Assembly: GCF_009914755.1 (NCBI RefSeq)
Contig: NC_060926.1
Direction: 5' to 3' (one strand)
Source of the DNA: the human T2T-CHM13v2.0 reference genome, Homo sapiens
Length of the DNA stretch: 64,000 bases
Shown in pieces: positions 1 to 10,985 of the stretch (position 1 is the first letter of the stretch; every line of letters starts with the position of its first letter). Below the pieces are notes generated by a model. That model saw only the letters and a list, made by a program, of their open reading frames with translations. It was not told the DNA's origin and made no database searches. Both the position numbers and the translations under genes were made by a program.

Positions 1-199
1 GTAATTGCATTTATACCTTTGTGCTATTATTGTAATATAATTAACATTTAATATATTATAAACTCCACAATATTTTATATATTTTAATATATTTTTGTAT
101 AATCACTTATCTTTTAAAGAAAATACATACTTCTTTTAAAGAATAAAAAGAATAAATACATCTTTTAAATAATAAAAAATACATAGTCCGTTTTATTTA

Positions 200-780
200 C
201 CCTCATATTTATGATTTCTGATGCTTTTGCTTCTGTTTTGTAGATCTGACTTTATCTAGCATCATCTCCCTTTAGCCTGAAAAAGTTCCTTTAGTATTTC
301 TTATATATTAATCTTAAAACAGATTATGTTTGGTTATATGAAAGTGTTTTTAATTTTGCCTTCAGTTTTTTGAAGGATATTTTTGCTGGATGTAGAATTG
401 TGGGTTGATAGGGCTCCCCACCCCCCTTCAGCATTTTAATGGAAGAAATTATTCCATTATCTTCTTGCCTCTGTTGTTACCAATGAGAAACCAGTTACCA
501 TTTATATCTTTGTTTCCTTGTATGTGACGTGCTACCTTGCCCAAGCTAGTTTCAAAATTTTGTCTTAATTTTTTTTTAGCGGTTTGACTGGACTTTGCCA
601 GAGTTGGTTTCTCTATATTTATTCTGAGTGGGATTTATTGAGACACTGGATCTGACAGTTTATTTTTCACCAAATTTTGGGAATTTTCTATCATTATTTC
701 CCCATAATACTATTTCTGCCCCAGTGTCTTTCGCCTCTCATCAATTACATGCTTGGTATTGCCAGCAGATTACAGAGGGC

Positions 781-815
<35 letters not shown>

Positions 816-1350
816 CGTATGTGTGTGTGTATGTGTTTTCCCCAGATTATAGTAGGGGTATGTGTGGTTGTGTGGTTTCTTTTCTCTTTCTTCTTCAGAC
901 TGGGTATTATTTTCATTTCAAGTTCACTGACTTGTTTTTCTGCTGTCACAAATCTGTTGTTAAGTCTGGCCAGTGAATCTTAGAATTTGCTATTGAAGGA
1001 TCTAGCTCTTGAATTTCCATTTATTTCTTTCTCAGTTTCCATTTGCTGCCAGTATTTCTCATGTGTTTACCCATTATATGTATATAAATATATATATATA
1101 TATTTTTTTAAAAATCTTTAAACATATTTATAATAGCTACTTTCACATCTTTGTTAGGTGTTTCCAACACCTAAATCATCTTGTGGTGTGTTACTGTTGA
1201 CTACCTTTTCTCCTGATCTGGAGTTACATTTTCTACCTTCTTTGCATGTTTAGTAATTTTTTATTGTGTACTGGATATTGTGGATGACATTGTGGATTGT
1301 TATCTCTTTTTGAAGAGTATTGATTTATCTTCTAGTAGACAGCTAAATTA
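200..1350 (-). mobile_element. Ancient L1M fragment
   Basis: gaaggatatttttgctggatgtagaatt...ttcagcattttaa...ttccattatcttcttgcctc resembles old antisense L1. Confidence 0.55.
779..836. repeat. (TG)n/(CG)n compound microsatellite
   Basis: About 58 bp of alternating purine-pyrimidine sequence. Confidence 0.95.
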
Positions 1351-1369
1351 CTGGCTGGTAAACATACAC

Positions 1370-1925
1370 TTAACTATACAACTCAGCAATTACAGTCCTG
1401 GGCATTGAAATGAAAACAAATGCTTTTACAAAAGCCTGTACAGAAATATTCATAGCAGCTTTTATTTGTAATAGCCGAAAACTAAACACAACCCAAATGC
1501 ACTTTAAAGGACAAATGGTGAAAAAAACTGTGGCACAACTGTACCATGGAGCAATAAAAAGGAATGAACTATTGATACGTGCACCAAACTGGATGGATCT
1601 CAAGGGCATTATGCTGAGTGAAAAAAGCCAACTTGAAAAGATTCCATGCTATATGATTCAATTTATGTAGTATTCTCAAAGTGACAAAAATTATAGAAAT
1701 AGGGAACAGATTGCAGTTGTCAAGAGTTAAGGAAAGGGGAAGGTGGATGTGATTATAAACAGCATGAAACAATTCAGCTGTGGTGATGAAGCAGTGAATC
1801 TCAATTGTGGTGTAGTTATATGTATCTGTACATGTGCTAAAATGTCATAGAATTGTAAAAAAGACATACAAAAAATGAGTGCATGCAAAAACTGGCAAAA
1901 TTCAAGTAAGGTCTGTAATCTAGTC
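1370..1925 (+). mobile_element. Old L1 (L1MB/MC/ME) 3' end
   Basis: ttcatagcagcttttatttgtaatagcc...atggatctcaagggcattatgctgagtgaaaaaagcca. Confidence 0.75.
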
Positions 1926-2734
1926 TACTCAATTTCCAGCTTTCTTTTAGCTCTGATCTACATTCTTTAATGCCTCAAGCCAATAAGACTGTGGTTTTCT
2001 CCTTTAAACCTAGCCTCTCTGCACTTAAGTGGGAGTACTGGGAAGAGTTCCGAGTTCCCTTCCAGGAGAGTCTCATAAGTGTGTATCTCACCCAGTGTAA
2101 TTCCTTTCTTTCAATGATCAGAACCCCTACAATTTCTGTCTGCCTTGGTCACTTTCCAATTTCTTCAAACAGTTGTTTTTTATATTTTGTCCAGAGTTTA
2201 TAACTGTTAACTGTGGGCAAATTAGTTCGATATAAGGTAGTTCATCATTACTAGAACCAGAGCTCAACTAACATCTTTTTGAAGTTTTACAAACATAAAA
2301 TGTTTATAAACTTTTTCAGTTAGAAATTTGAAGACAAAATATTATAGGAGTATTACATAAGTAAATAATTATGTGATAACTGAAAACATGAAAAAAATCA
2401 GAATTTATAAGTAGGAAGAAGGATAAATATACAAATGCAGCCAGAAACAACTTTTAAAAGACATGTAAATGAGTCTTTCAGAAGTTTACAGATAGATGCA
2501 ATTATGTATTACCTAAGCAGCATTCTCAAATAGGAGTATATACTTAATCACCAGAAAGGACTTAAGCTGTAAAATGAGATCTTTATTCATTGTCTTTTGG
2601 AAATATTTTTCCATTTCACTCTAAAAGTTGCATTTTTTTTTCTTTTTCTAGCATATCTGACCTTTATTATTTATTGGAGAATAAAATGGCAATCTAACGT
2701 CCCTTCTGCTTTTATTTTTGTCTTTTTATTCTAG

Positions 2735-2891
2735 TTGTTTATATAATTGGCCTTAAATGAGGTGAGAGTGAAGAGACTAGAGCCATCTCTGGAAAACATC
2801 ATTATCCCATTCCCCGGGAAGCTACCCTCTGGAACTCAAGATTTGACCATATCTGTTTTGAGGATTCATTATGAACAAAGAAGTCTCCCAG
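2735..2891 (+). other. NCOA1: NCOA1 5'UTR exon (157 nt)
   Basis: Long polypyrimidine tract + ctag acceptor (AG 2733-2734); donor CAG|GTAGGA at 2891/2892. Joined to 17432 it reads ...tctcccag|gtgtgaagtttttcaacATG, which matches my recollection of the NCOA1 leader. Confidence 0.85.
2757..2765 (+). promoter_or_regulatory. uORF1, ATG-AGG-TGA (Met-Arg-stop)
   Basis: Read directly in the 5'UTR exon; weak context (T at -3). Confidence 0.6.
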
Positions 2892-3978
2892 GTAGGAATT
2901 GTAGTTCTATTTTTAAAGAGCTTTGTCTCTGCAAAAGTATGGAAGGAACATGATTACCTGTTGACTGTTATCTTTTATGGAAATATGTGTTTGATCTGGG
3001 TTGCTTCAAGGTTAGTGTAAAACAGGTGCTCACATTCCTAAGTGAAAATGATAGGAAAGTTCTAGGATACACTTTATGAAGCTATTTTAGTGTATGTCGA
3101 AATCACTTATGATGAGACCCTCAAAGTCCTTACTGAATTGAAAATGGCAGCAGAAACTGTAGTAAACCATCTCCAGATTTGCTTCATATATTTCTAACAT
3201 ATATCCAGTTAATTTTATACATATATGCATAAAATTACATAATATATACCTATATAATTATAGGTATACCTGTATAATATATAGGTAATTGTAGGTATAC
3301 CCATATAATATATACCTATGTAATTTATGTGTATGTAGTGTCCATATGGGCATTTTTACATTGTTGCTGTTTGAGTTTGTGAGCTAGCTGAATAGAACCA
3401 GTATATCCGTGAACATACTAATGGGAGCAGTAGAAAAATAAACATGTACCAAGCCAAGACAGTAGATAAAAGAGTTGAAGAGTGATCAGAAACTGATAAA
3501 TCAGTAAGGGAAAACTTCCAGGAGAAAATTTGTTAATTAATAGACTTGTAATTGAATTATACATAGATAAAAATAAAAAATTATAAGCATATAACTTTTT
3601 ATTTATTATGTACTGAACATATTTGTGTAAACATCGCCTGGGTTAAGAAGTAGAACAATACCACCACCCCAGAAATCCTCTTCATCCATGTGTCCCAGCT
3701 GCACGCCCATTCACTTTTAAAGGAGGCGACAGTTGTCACTATGGAGAGTGATACCTGTCAACCTAGAGTGTGGGGTTTTATAGATCACTGAAGTTAAAGG
3801 CAGTAAAATTTAGTTGGCCAACAATGCCTGTGTTTGGAATTAACAATGAGTTTGGAAGTTGGAGGCAAAACTCTCAGTTGGCAGAGAGCTTTAATGCAAG
3901 GACTGGAGGTACAAAATTATTTAAGAAGATATTCATCTAATCTTACTATCTCTGCCTCTTTAAAATTGCATCAGTTTT

Positions 3979-4300
3979 GGCCAGGTGCTGTGGCTCACGC
4001 CTGTAATCCCAGCACTTTGGGATGCTGAGACGGGTGAATTATGAGGTCAGGAGATTGAGACCATCCTGGCTAACAAGGTGAAACCCCGTCTCTACTAAAA
4101 ATACAAAAAAAAAAAAAAAAAATTAGCCAGGCGTGGTGGTGGGCGCCTGTAGTCCTAGCTACTCGGGAGGCTGAGGCAGGAGAATGGCGAATGGCGTGAA
4201 CCTGGGAGGCGGAGCTTGCAGTGAGCAGAGATCGAGCCACTGCACTCCAACCTGGGTGACAGAGCGAGACTCCTCTCAGAAAAAAAAAAAAAAAAAAAAA
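3979..4300 (+). mobile_element. Alu (AluY-like)
   Basis: Dimeric Alu; TSD aaaatt(g/t)catcagtt. Confidence 0.95.
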
Positions 4301-4372
4301 TTTCATCAGTTGCTAGAGCAAACACAACTCTTTGTTTCTGGCTTTTATTAACTGATGATACATTTGTATTTA

Positions 4373-4563
4373 CACGTTGAGTGCCCCATATCTGAAATGC
4401 TTGGGACTAGAAGTGTTCCATATTTTGGATTTTAAAATATTTGCAGTATACTTATCAGCTGAGCATCCGAAATCTGAAATCCTATATGCTCCCGTGAGCA
4501 TTTCCTTTGAGTATCATCAGATTGTGGAGCATATCGGATTTTGGACTTGGGATGCTCAACCTG
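4373..4563. mobile_element. Tigger4a/MER46-type MITE
   Basis: TIRs cacgttgagtgcccc / gggatgctcaacctg with flanking TA dinucleotides. Confidence 0.85.
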
Positions 4564-6039
4564 TATTAATTTATGTTTTCTGTTGTTTCCAATCAGGACT
4601 GTTGGTTCTCCCTAAGGAGCAATAAATGAATTAAGTATTCTGATTAAAAAAGAAAGTTTTGCTGAGTAGGATGTATTATAATAAAGAGAAATTTTAATTA
4701 AGTAGGAGAGCCATCTCTTTAAGAGTTTTCAGGAAAGTAATGTTAGTACCTCGACTTTATGAAAGAGAAAGGAGGAGAAAATTGATAGAATAATGCAGTG
4801 ACTGAACATTAGCTTGGTGTCTGTCTTTCCTCATTGTTCAGTGAGTGACTCTAAGAAAGTCATTTTCCTCATTATAATGACATTTTTCATCTTTTCTATT
4901 TCTTCTTAACATTAAAAACAATTTCAAATGTACCAAATAGTTACAAAATTGCTAGACTGAACACCTGCATGCCCATTGCCCAGTTTCACCAATTATAAAC
5001 ATTTTATGGAATTTGCTTTATCTCTCTCTGTATTTACTTTTCCTTTTCCCCTTCCCCCTCTACCATTACGATGACAATGATGAACCATTTGAGAAAAAGT
5101 GGTAGACAATCATGATCCTTCACTCTAAAATATTTCCTACTTAACCACAATATAATAATCAATTCAGGAAACAACATTTTTTATTGCTGTTATCTAATAT
5201 ATAGTTCACATTAAAATTTTACCATTTGTCTGATTCACAATCATAGATTGCATAGTTGTCACATTTGTTTGGTTTCCTTTAACCTGGAATAGTTTATTAG
5301 CTTTTCTTTGTTTTTCATAGTAGGGCCTTCCATGATAGTGACATTGGAGAAGAGTACAGGTCAGCTATTTTGTACAATGGTCCTCATTTCAGGATTGTCT
5401 GTTTCCACCTATTTCCTTCCTAAAAAGGCTGTGATAGGGGATGGAGATTCATGGATTTTTCTTTTTTCTTCTTTCTTTTTTTTTTTTTTAATGAAAAGGT
5501 TATCTTAAATAACAAAGTCTACAAAGAGTTTTCAGGATAAAGTCTGTTGGAACAAAGGAAATCTAGAAACTAGAATCACTAAGATAATTTAGGTGTTATT
5601 GAAAGGAATTATACACACATACACACACACACAAATTGTAGGACCCAAGATTTATAAACTTTGGAACAAAAATTAGGGTTTGCAAAAGCAGAACTTTTGA
5701 TTTTGATTGAACAGTGCATTTTATTTTAAAGTCCTTGACATCTTATAAGAAATAATTGGTTTTATATTATAACGTATGATAGAAGGTAAGTCACGATTCG
5801 CTATATGAATAACTTTATTTTCATGTGATGTTTGGACTAAGGATAGAAAAGATTCTTTGTTTATATGTTTGAGTACCTTGTATACTACCTAGTTTTTAGA
5901 TGTGGTATATTTTAATGTCACCTTTTCTGTAAGGCTCTTACTGGATATATTAAGGAAATATTTTGATGTGGAGGCCAAAGCAAAAGATTGGGGCTATATT
6001 GATGGGTTTTCTATTTATTAGTTATGTGACTGTAGGTTA

Positions 6040-6300
6040 GTGATATAACTTAAAGCGTATGCAAATTCTGGAACCAGATTACCTAAGACCGATTTCTTCC
6101 TCTGCCGCTTAAGTTGTTGAGCAGATTAAGTAACTTGTCCATGCCTCAGTTTTCTCGTCACTAACATGGATTATAATATTACCTACCTGATGTTTTATGA
6201 GTAAATGAGTTAGTAAGGTTTATGAGGGAATTAATTAACATAGGTTAGGTGCTTAGAACAGTGATAGGCACATGGTAAATCTTACATAAGTGTTAGTATT
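6040..6300 (+). mobile_element. MIR
   Basis: MIR core: tgcctcagttttctc...gtgcttagaacagtg..aggcacatggtaa. Confidence 0.7.
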
Positions 6301-7048
6301 CATTATCATCATCATCAGAGCATAATTTATTAGTATGATAAAACTGTCAAAATGGAAATAATAATGTATACTTCATAGGGCAGTTGTGAGAAATAAGTGA
6401 ATTAATGCATATAAAACATATATTACATGCTCAATATATATATAATGTCATATCCTTTAGATGCATATTAATGGGCTTACATTTTAACTTGTAAACTTTT
6501 TATTATTTTGTTTCTCTCAAATTATTTGTTACTATTGACTTTATAATGTGAAAGTGGCAACTGGAAGGGTAAGCATGCTTATACCACTGAAGTGGCCTAT
6601 AGTCGAAATATTTGAGAAGTACTGTACTGGGTGACAATTGCAGGGGTCCTTATTCTAAAAATTTAAAAGTCTGCATCTCCAGTTTAAAATGTGTGAGCAT
6701 TCTTTTTATTGTTATTATTCTGTTTGTTATCATAATTATTATTCTATTGAGAACCCCGGAAAATGGAATTTGAGTTTCACTTGTTCCAAGTTAGTCTTTA
6801 GCTGGTCGTTGCAGCAGAAGGAATATAGCTAGCCACATTTAGTGTTAGCATTAAGAGGATATTGATGCTATTTAACCAGCCATTTACATGAAATGCTTGG
6901 GATTTTTTTTTTCATTTTTCAGTGGATATCAATAAAATATTGCCGAATATAAATGAATCAAGTAAGATGACTTAGGTTTTAAGCTGGACTTTACAAAATG
7001 CATATCTTTTCTATAAATGTGGTCAGTGAAGATTGGCTCATATTGTGA

Positions 7049-7340
7049 TTTTTTTTTTTTTGAGACGGTGTCTCACTGTGTCGCCCAGGCTGGAGTGCAG
7101 TGATGCAGTCTCAGCTCACTGCATCCTCCGCCTCCCGGGTTCAAGCAGTTCTCTTCCTCAGCCTTCCAAGTAGCTGGGATTACAGGCATCCGCCACCACA
7201 CCTGGCTAATTTTTGTATTTTTAGTAGAGACGGAGTTTCACCATGTTGGCCAGGCTGATCTCGAACTCCTGACCTCATGATCCACCCGCCTTGGCCTCCT
7301 GAAGCGCTGGGATTACAGGCGTGAGCAACTGCACCCAGCC
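7049..7340 (-). mobile_element. Alu (AluS)
   Basis: TSD ctcatattgtgatttt. Confidence 0.95.
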
Positions 7341-7844
7341 CTCATATTGTGATTTTATCTGTGCCCTTTCCCTTTCAGGTTGGGAGGGTGACCCTGAAGT
7401 TAACCGGAGGTTTGTCTGACTTAATCATTTTATAACACCCTCAAAATACAATTCCATTATTTTGGTCAATTATTTTGACTCATTTGGCTCTATGACTTTG
7501 GTACTTCTTCTACCATATACCATTAAAGAACAGATTTTAGTGTATTTATTTTTCTTTTATTGGTGTAGATATATATATTTAACTATACTGTATTCTGAAA
7601 TGGGTTTCTAAAATAGTTGATCAAAATTGAATAGCTTCTGATCTGGGGCTGAATTCTTTATTTTAGATATTGAAGTAATTTTTTGTGTAAATGTAGTTAT
7701 TTGATTTTGGATAATCATTTGTGGATTATCTGTATCTAATGCAGATCTTCATTTTCTTTTGGTTCTGGCTTGTAGCTGTTTTTCTGCCCACTATTATCTG
7801 AATCTCTGAAAGAGGTTAGTAAAAAGAGGCAGACATTTAAAATT

Positions 7845-7998
7845 TTTTTTAATTTTTATTTATTTATTTTATTTTTTTAAAAAGAGACATAGTCTGTCTG
7901 TGTAGCCAAGACCACACTTGAATTCCTGGCTCAAACAATTCTCCCACCTCAGACTCCTGAGTAGTTGGGATTATAGACACATGTTACTGCACCCAGCA
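7845..7998 (-). mobile_element. Alu monomer (FLAM-like)
   Basis: Single diverged arm with a T-rich tail. Confidence 0.75.
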
Positions 7999-9169
7999 AC
8001 ACTGAAATTTTTATCACTCAGTTTTGTCTGTGCAAATGACAAAGCAAAATGATCATTTACTTTTTTAAGGCTGCTTCTGCTAAACTCTTATAAAACTCTT
8101 TTGTACGCCTGCAAGTAAATATTAAATACTTATATTCTTGTTTATACCAGCTGAAGATAGCTATAGTTAGGACGACTGATTTTTCCTCAAGAAATACCAA
8201 CACAAATTAAAGTGGATTTTGGAAGACATGTGCAGTATACCTGCATAACTCTATGTCACTCTTAAGATAACTGGATTCATAGTTTCATAAGGAAATGTTG
8301 AGTTATTTTGCTAATTTGTTCTAATAAGATAGCTGCCACAAATATGTGATACAATGCTATTTTCCCTCAGTCGTGAATATACTAGGAATATTTTAATAAG
8401 GCAAATGTTTATTCTTCATCTTAAAATTAAATTTTAAATGAAGCCAATATGAGGAAAATATTAGGTTTTAAAACTAATTTGGTTTTCCTTTTTCTATGTA
8501 TTTGTTAATAGAAAACAAAATAAACTTTTCTTTTTTCAAACTTATTTGTATTTAGAAAAAATTAATGCAAAGAAAAAAAGCATTGTCGCTTAGTCTGTGG
8601 AATAAGCTTTTAGTGGTAAACACAGACGTATTAAATATATTGTTTCAAACATTAAGATACATTTAGAGGGCAAGTTACCAAATCCTTGATAATGTCTTTA
8701 TTATTAGCATAATAAATTTAAAAGACTGCACAGGATTCTCTTTTACAAAAAGCACTATAAGAAAAATCTAGTATTTTATAGTAGAATATGAAATAAGATT
8801 AAATGGTGTTTTGATTTTTAAGAATTCATTGATTGCTTTGAATCCATTTATTTGATTTTGCTTTTTATTCTTGGCCATAATGGTTAAGAACGTTGGCAGT
8901 GATTTATGGTAGAAGCTTAGGGGAGCAGGGTCTCTTCTCTGGGCCAAGGATAACTACCATCTCAATTTGGGCCCTGGCATTGTGGATTTTGAGAGAACTT
9001 TTGTTTCCAGGGATTTCAGGAAATCCCTACCCATTCAATTAGCTTCAAAATATCTAGTATTCAACAAAAATTAGGAGGCATGCAAAGAAACAAAAATATT
9101 TGGCCCATATACAGGAAAAATAACAATCAGTAGTATCTGTCCCTAAGGGGGCCAGACATTGGACCTATT

Positions 9170-10985
9170 AAAGAAGAAAAAGTAGATAAGTTGGACTTCA
9201 TTAAAATTAAAAACTTTTGTTCATTAAAGAATACTGTAAAGAAAATGAAAAGAGAAACCACAGAATTGGAGAAAATCATCTGTAAGTCATATATCTGATA
9301 GGGGTCTAATACCCCGAATGTAAAGCACTCTTATGACTCAATAAAAAGACAAGTTAAACCCAACCCAAAATCCTACAACTCAATAGCAAGAAAACATATA
9401 ACCCAGATAAAGATCAGGCAAAGGACCTGAAAAGATATTTCTTTAAGGATGACATAAAAATGGCCAACAAGTATATGAAAGTTGCTCAACATCATAAAAT
9501 GATCAAGGAAATGTAAGTAAAAGCCACTTTATCACCTCACATCTACCAGCTATTAGGATAGCTGTTACAAGTTGAGTATCCCTTATCAAAAATGTTTGGG
9601 GGACCAGGATTGTTTGATATTTTGGATTTTTATGGATTTTAGAATATTTGCATTATACTTACCAGTTGAGCATCGAAAATCTGAAATGCAGAATGCTCCA
9701 ATGAGCATTTCCTTTGAGTGTTATGTTGGCATTCAAAAATTTTTGGATTTTGGATCATTTTAGGTTTGGGATTTTTAGATTTGGGATGCTCAACCTGTAT
9801 CAAAAAGACAAAAGATAACAAGTATTGGCAAAGGTGTTGAGAAAAGGGAACCCATGTACCCTTTTGATGGGAACTTAGAATGGAGCAGCCATTATGAAAA
9901 ACAGTATAGATACTCCTAAGGAAATTAACATATGACTCAGAATTAACATATGACCCAGCAATACCTTTTCTGGGTATATACCCAAAAGAGATGAAATCAG
10001 CTCATAAAGCTGTCTGCACTCCCATGTTCATTGCAGCATTATTCACAATAGCTGAGACATGGAAACAACCTAGGGGTTGCTCAGTGGACAAATAGATAAA
10101 GAAGTTGTAATATATATATGCAATGGAATATTATTCAGCCATTAAAAAGGAGGAGATCCTGCCATTTGCCACAACATAGGTGAGCCTGGAGGACATTTTG
10201 CTAAGTGAAATAAGTCAGACACAGAAAGAAGAATATTGCATAATCTCATTTACATGAGGCATCTTTAAAAACAAAGGCAAATATACAGAGATAGAGAATA
10301 AAACATTGCCATAGTGGGGAAAAATGGGTAACTATGGGAGATGATGGATATGTTCATTTGTTCATTTACAATAATAATATAACCATCATAATATATATAA
10401 TAACCATTTTACTACATATCCTCATCTCATGACATCATGTTGTAAATCATAAATATACACAGTAAAATTTAGTTTTTAAAAAATAGGCAAAGGAGCTGAA
10501 TAGACACATCTCCAAATAAGACATACAAATGGCCAATGAGTGCAAGAAAAGATGCTTGGTGTCATTAGTGATTAGGGAAATAGAAATCAAAACCATGAGA
10601 TACCATTTCACACCCTCAAGGATGGCTGTAATTTTTTAAAGACAGGAAATAACTCTTTATTTGGTGAGGTTGTGGAAAACTGGAACCCTTGTACATTACT
10701 GGTGGGAATTTTAAATGGTGTAGTTACTGTGGAAAACTGGCTTTGATAATTCCTCAAAAAGTTAAAGAGTTACTGTATAACCTAACAGTTCCACTCCTAG
10801 TTAAATACTCAAGAGAATTAAAAACATGGCCACATAAAAACTTGTACATAAATGTTCACAGCAGCATTACTGATAATATTCAAAAAGTGAAAACTACCTA
10901 AATATCCATCCACTGGTGAATGGATAAACAAAATATGGCATCTCCAAACAATAGAATATTATTCAATTATTAAAAAGGCAGTGAA
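9170..10985 (+). mobile_element. Nested old L1s: L1MA-type (~9365-10482) inside L1MB-type
   Basis: Two successive copies of the ORF2-end motif (ggcaaagga.ctgaa.aga..t.tc...aa.ga..acata.aaatggccaa); the outer element resumes at ~10483. Confidence 0.75.
9568..9797. mobile_element. Tigger4a/MER46-type MITE inserted in L1
   Basis: TIRs caagttgagtatccc / gggatgctcaacctg; TA TSD at 9566-9567 and 9798-9799; L1 reads continuously across it. Confidence 0.88.

Noticed and set aside
628-983. Three overlapping Cys/Val-rich ORFs
   Set aside because: Artefact of the (TG)n microsatellite.
3215-3340. AT-rich quasi-palindromic tract (tatacct / aggtata units)
   Set aside because: Low-complexity TA-rich sequence; no evidence of function.
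9009-9028. Inverted repeat agggatttc-ag-gaaatccct with NF-kB-like halves
   Set aside because: 9-bp stem and imperfect motif; expected by chance in 64 kb.
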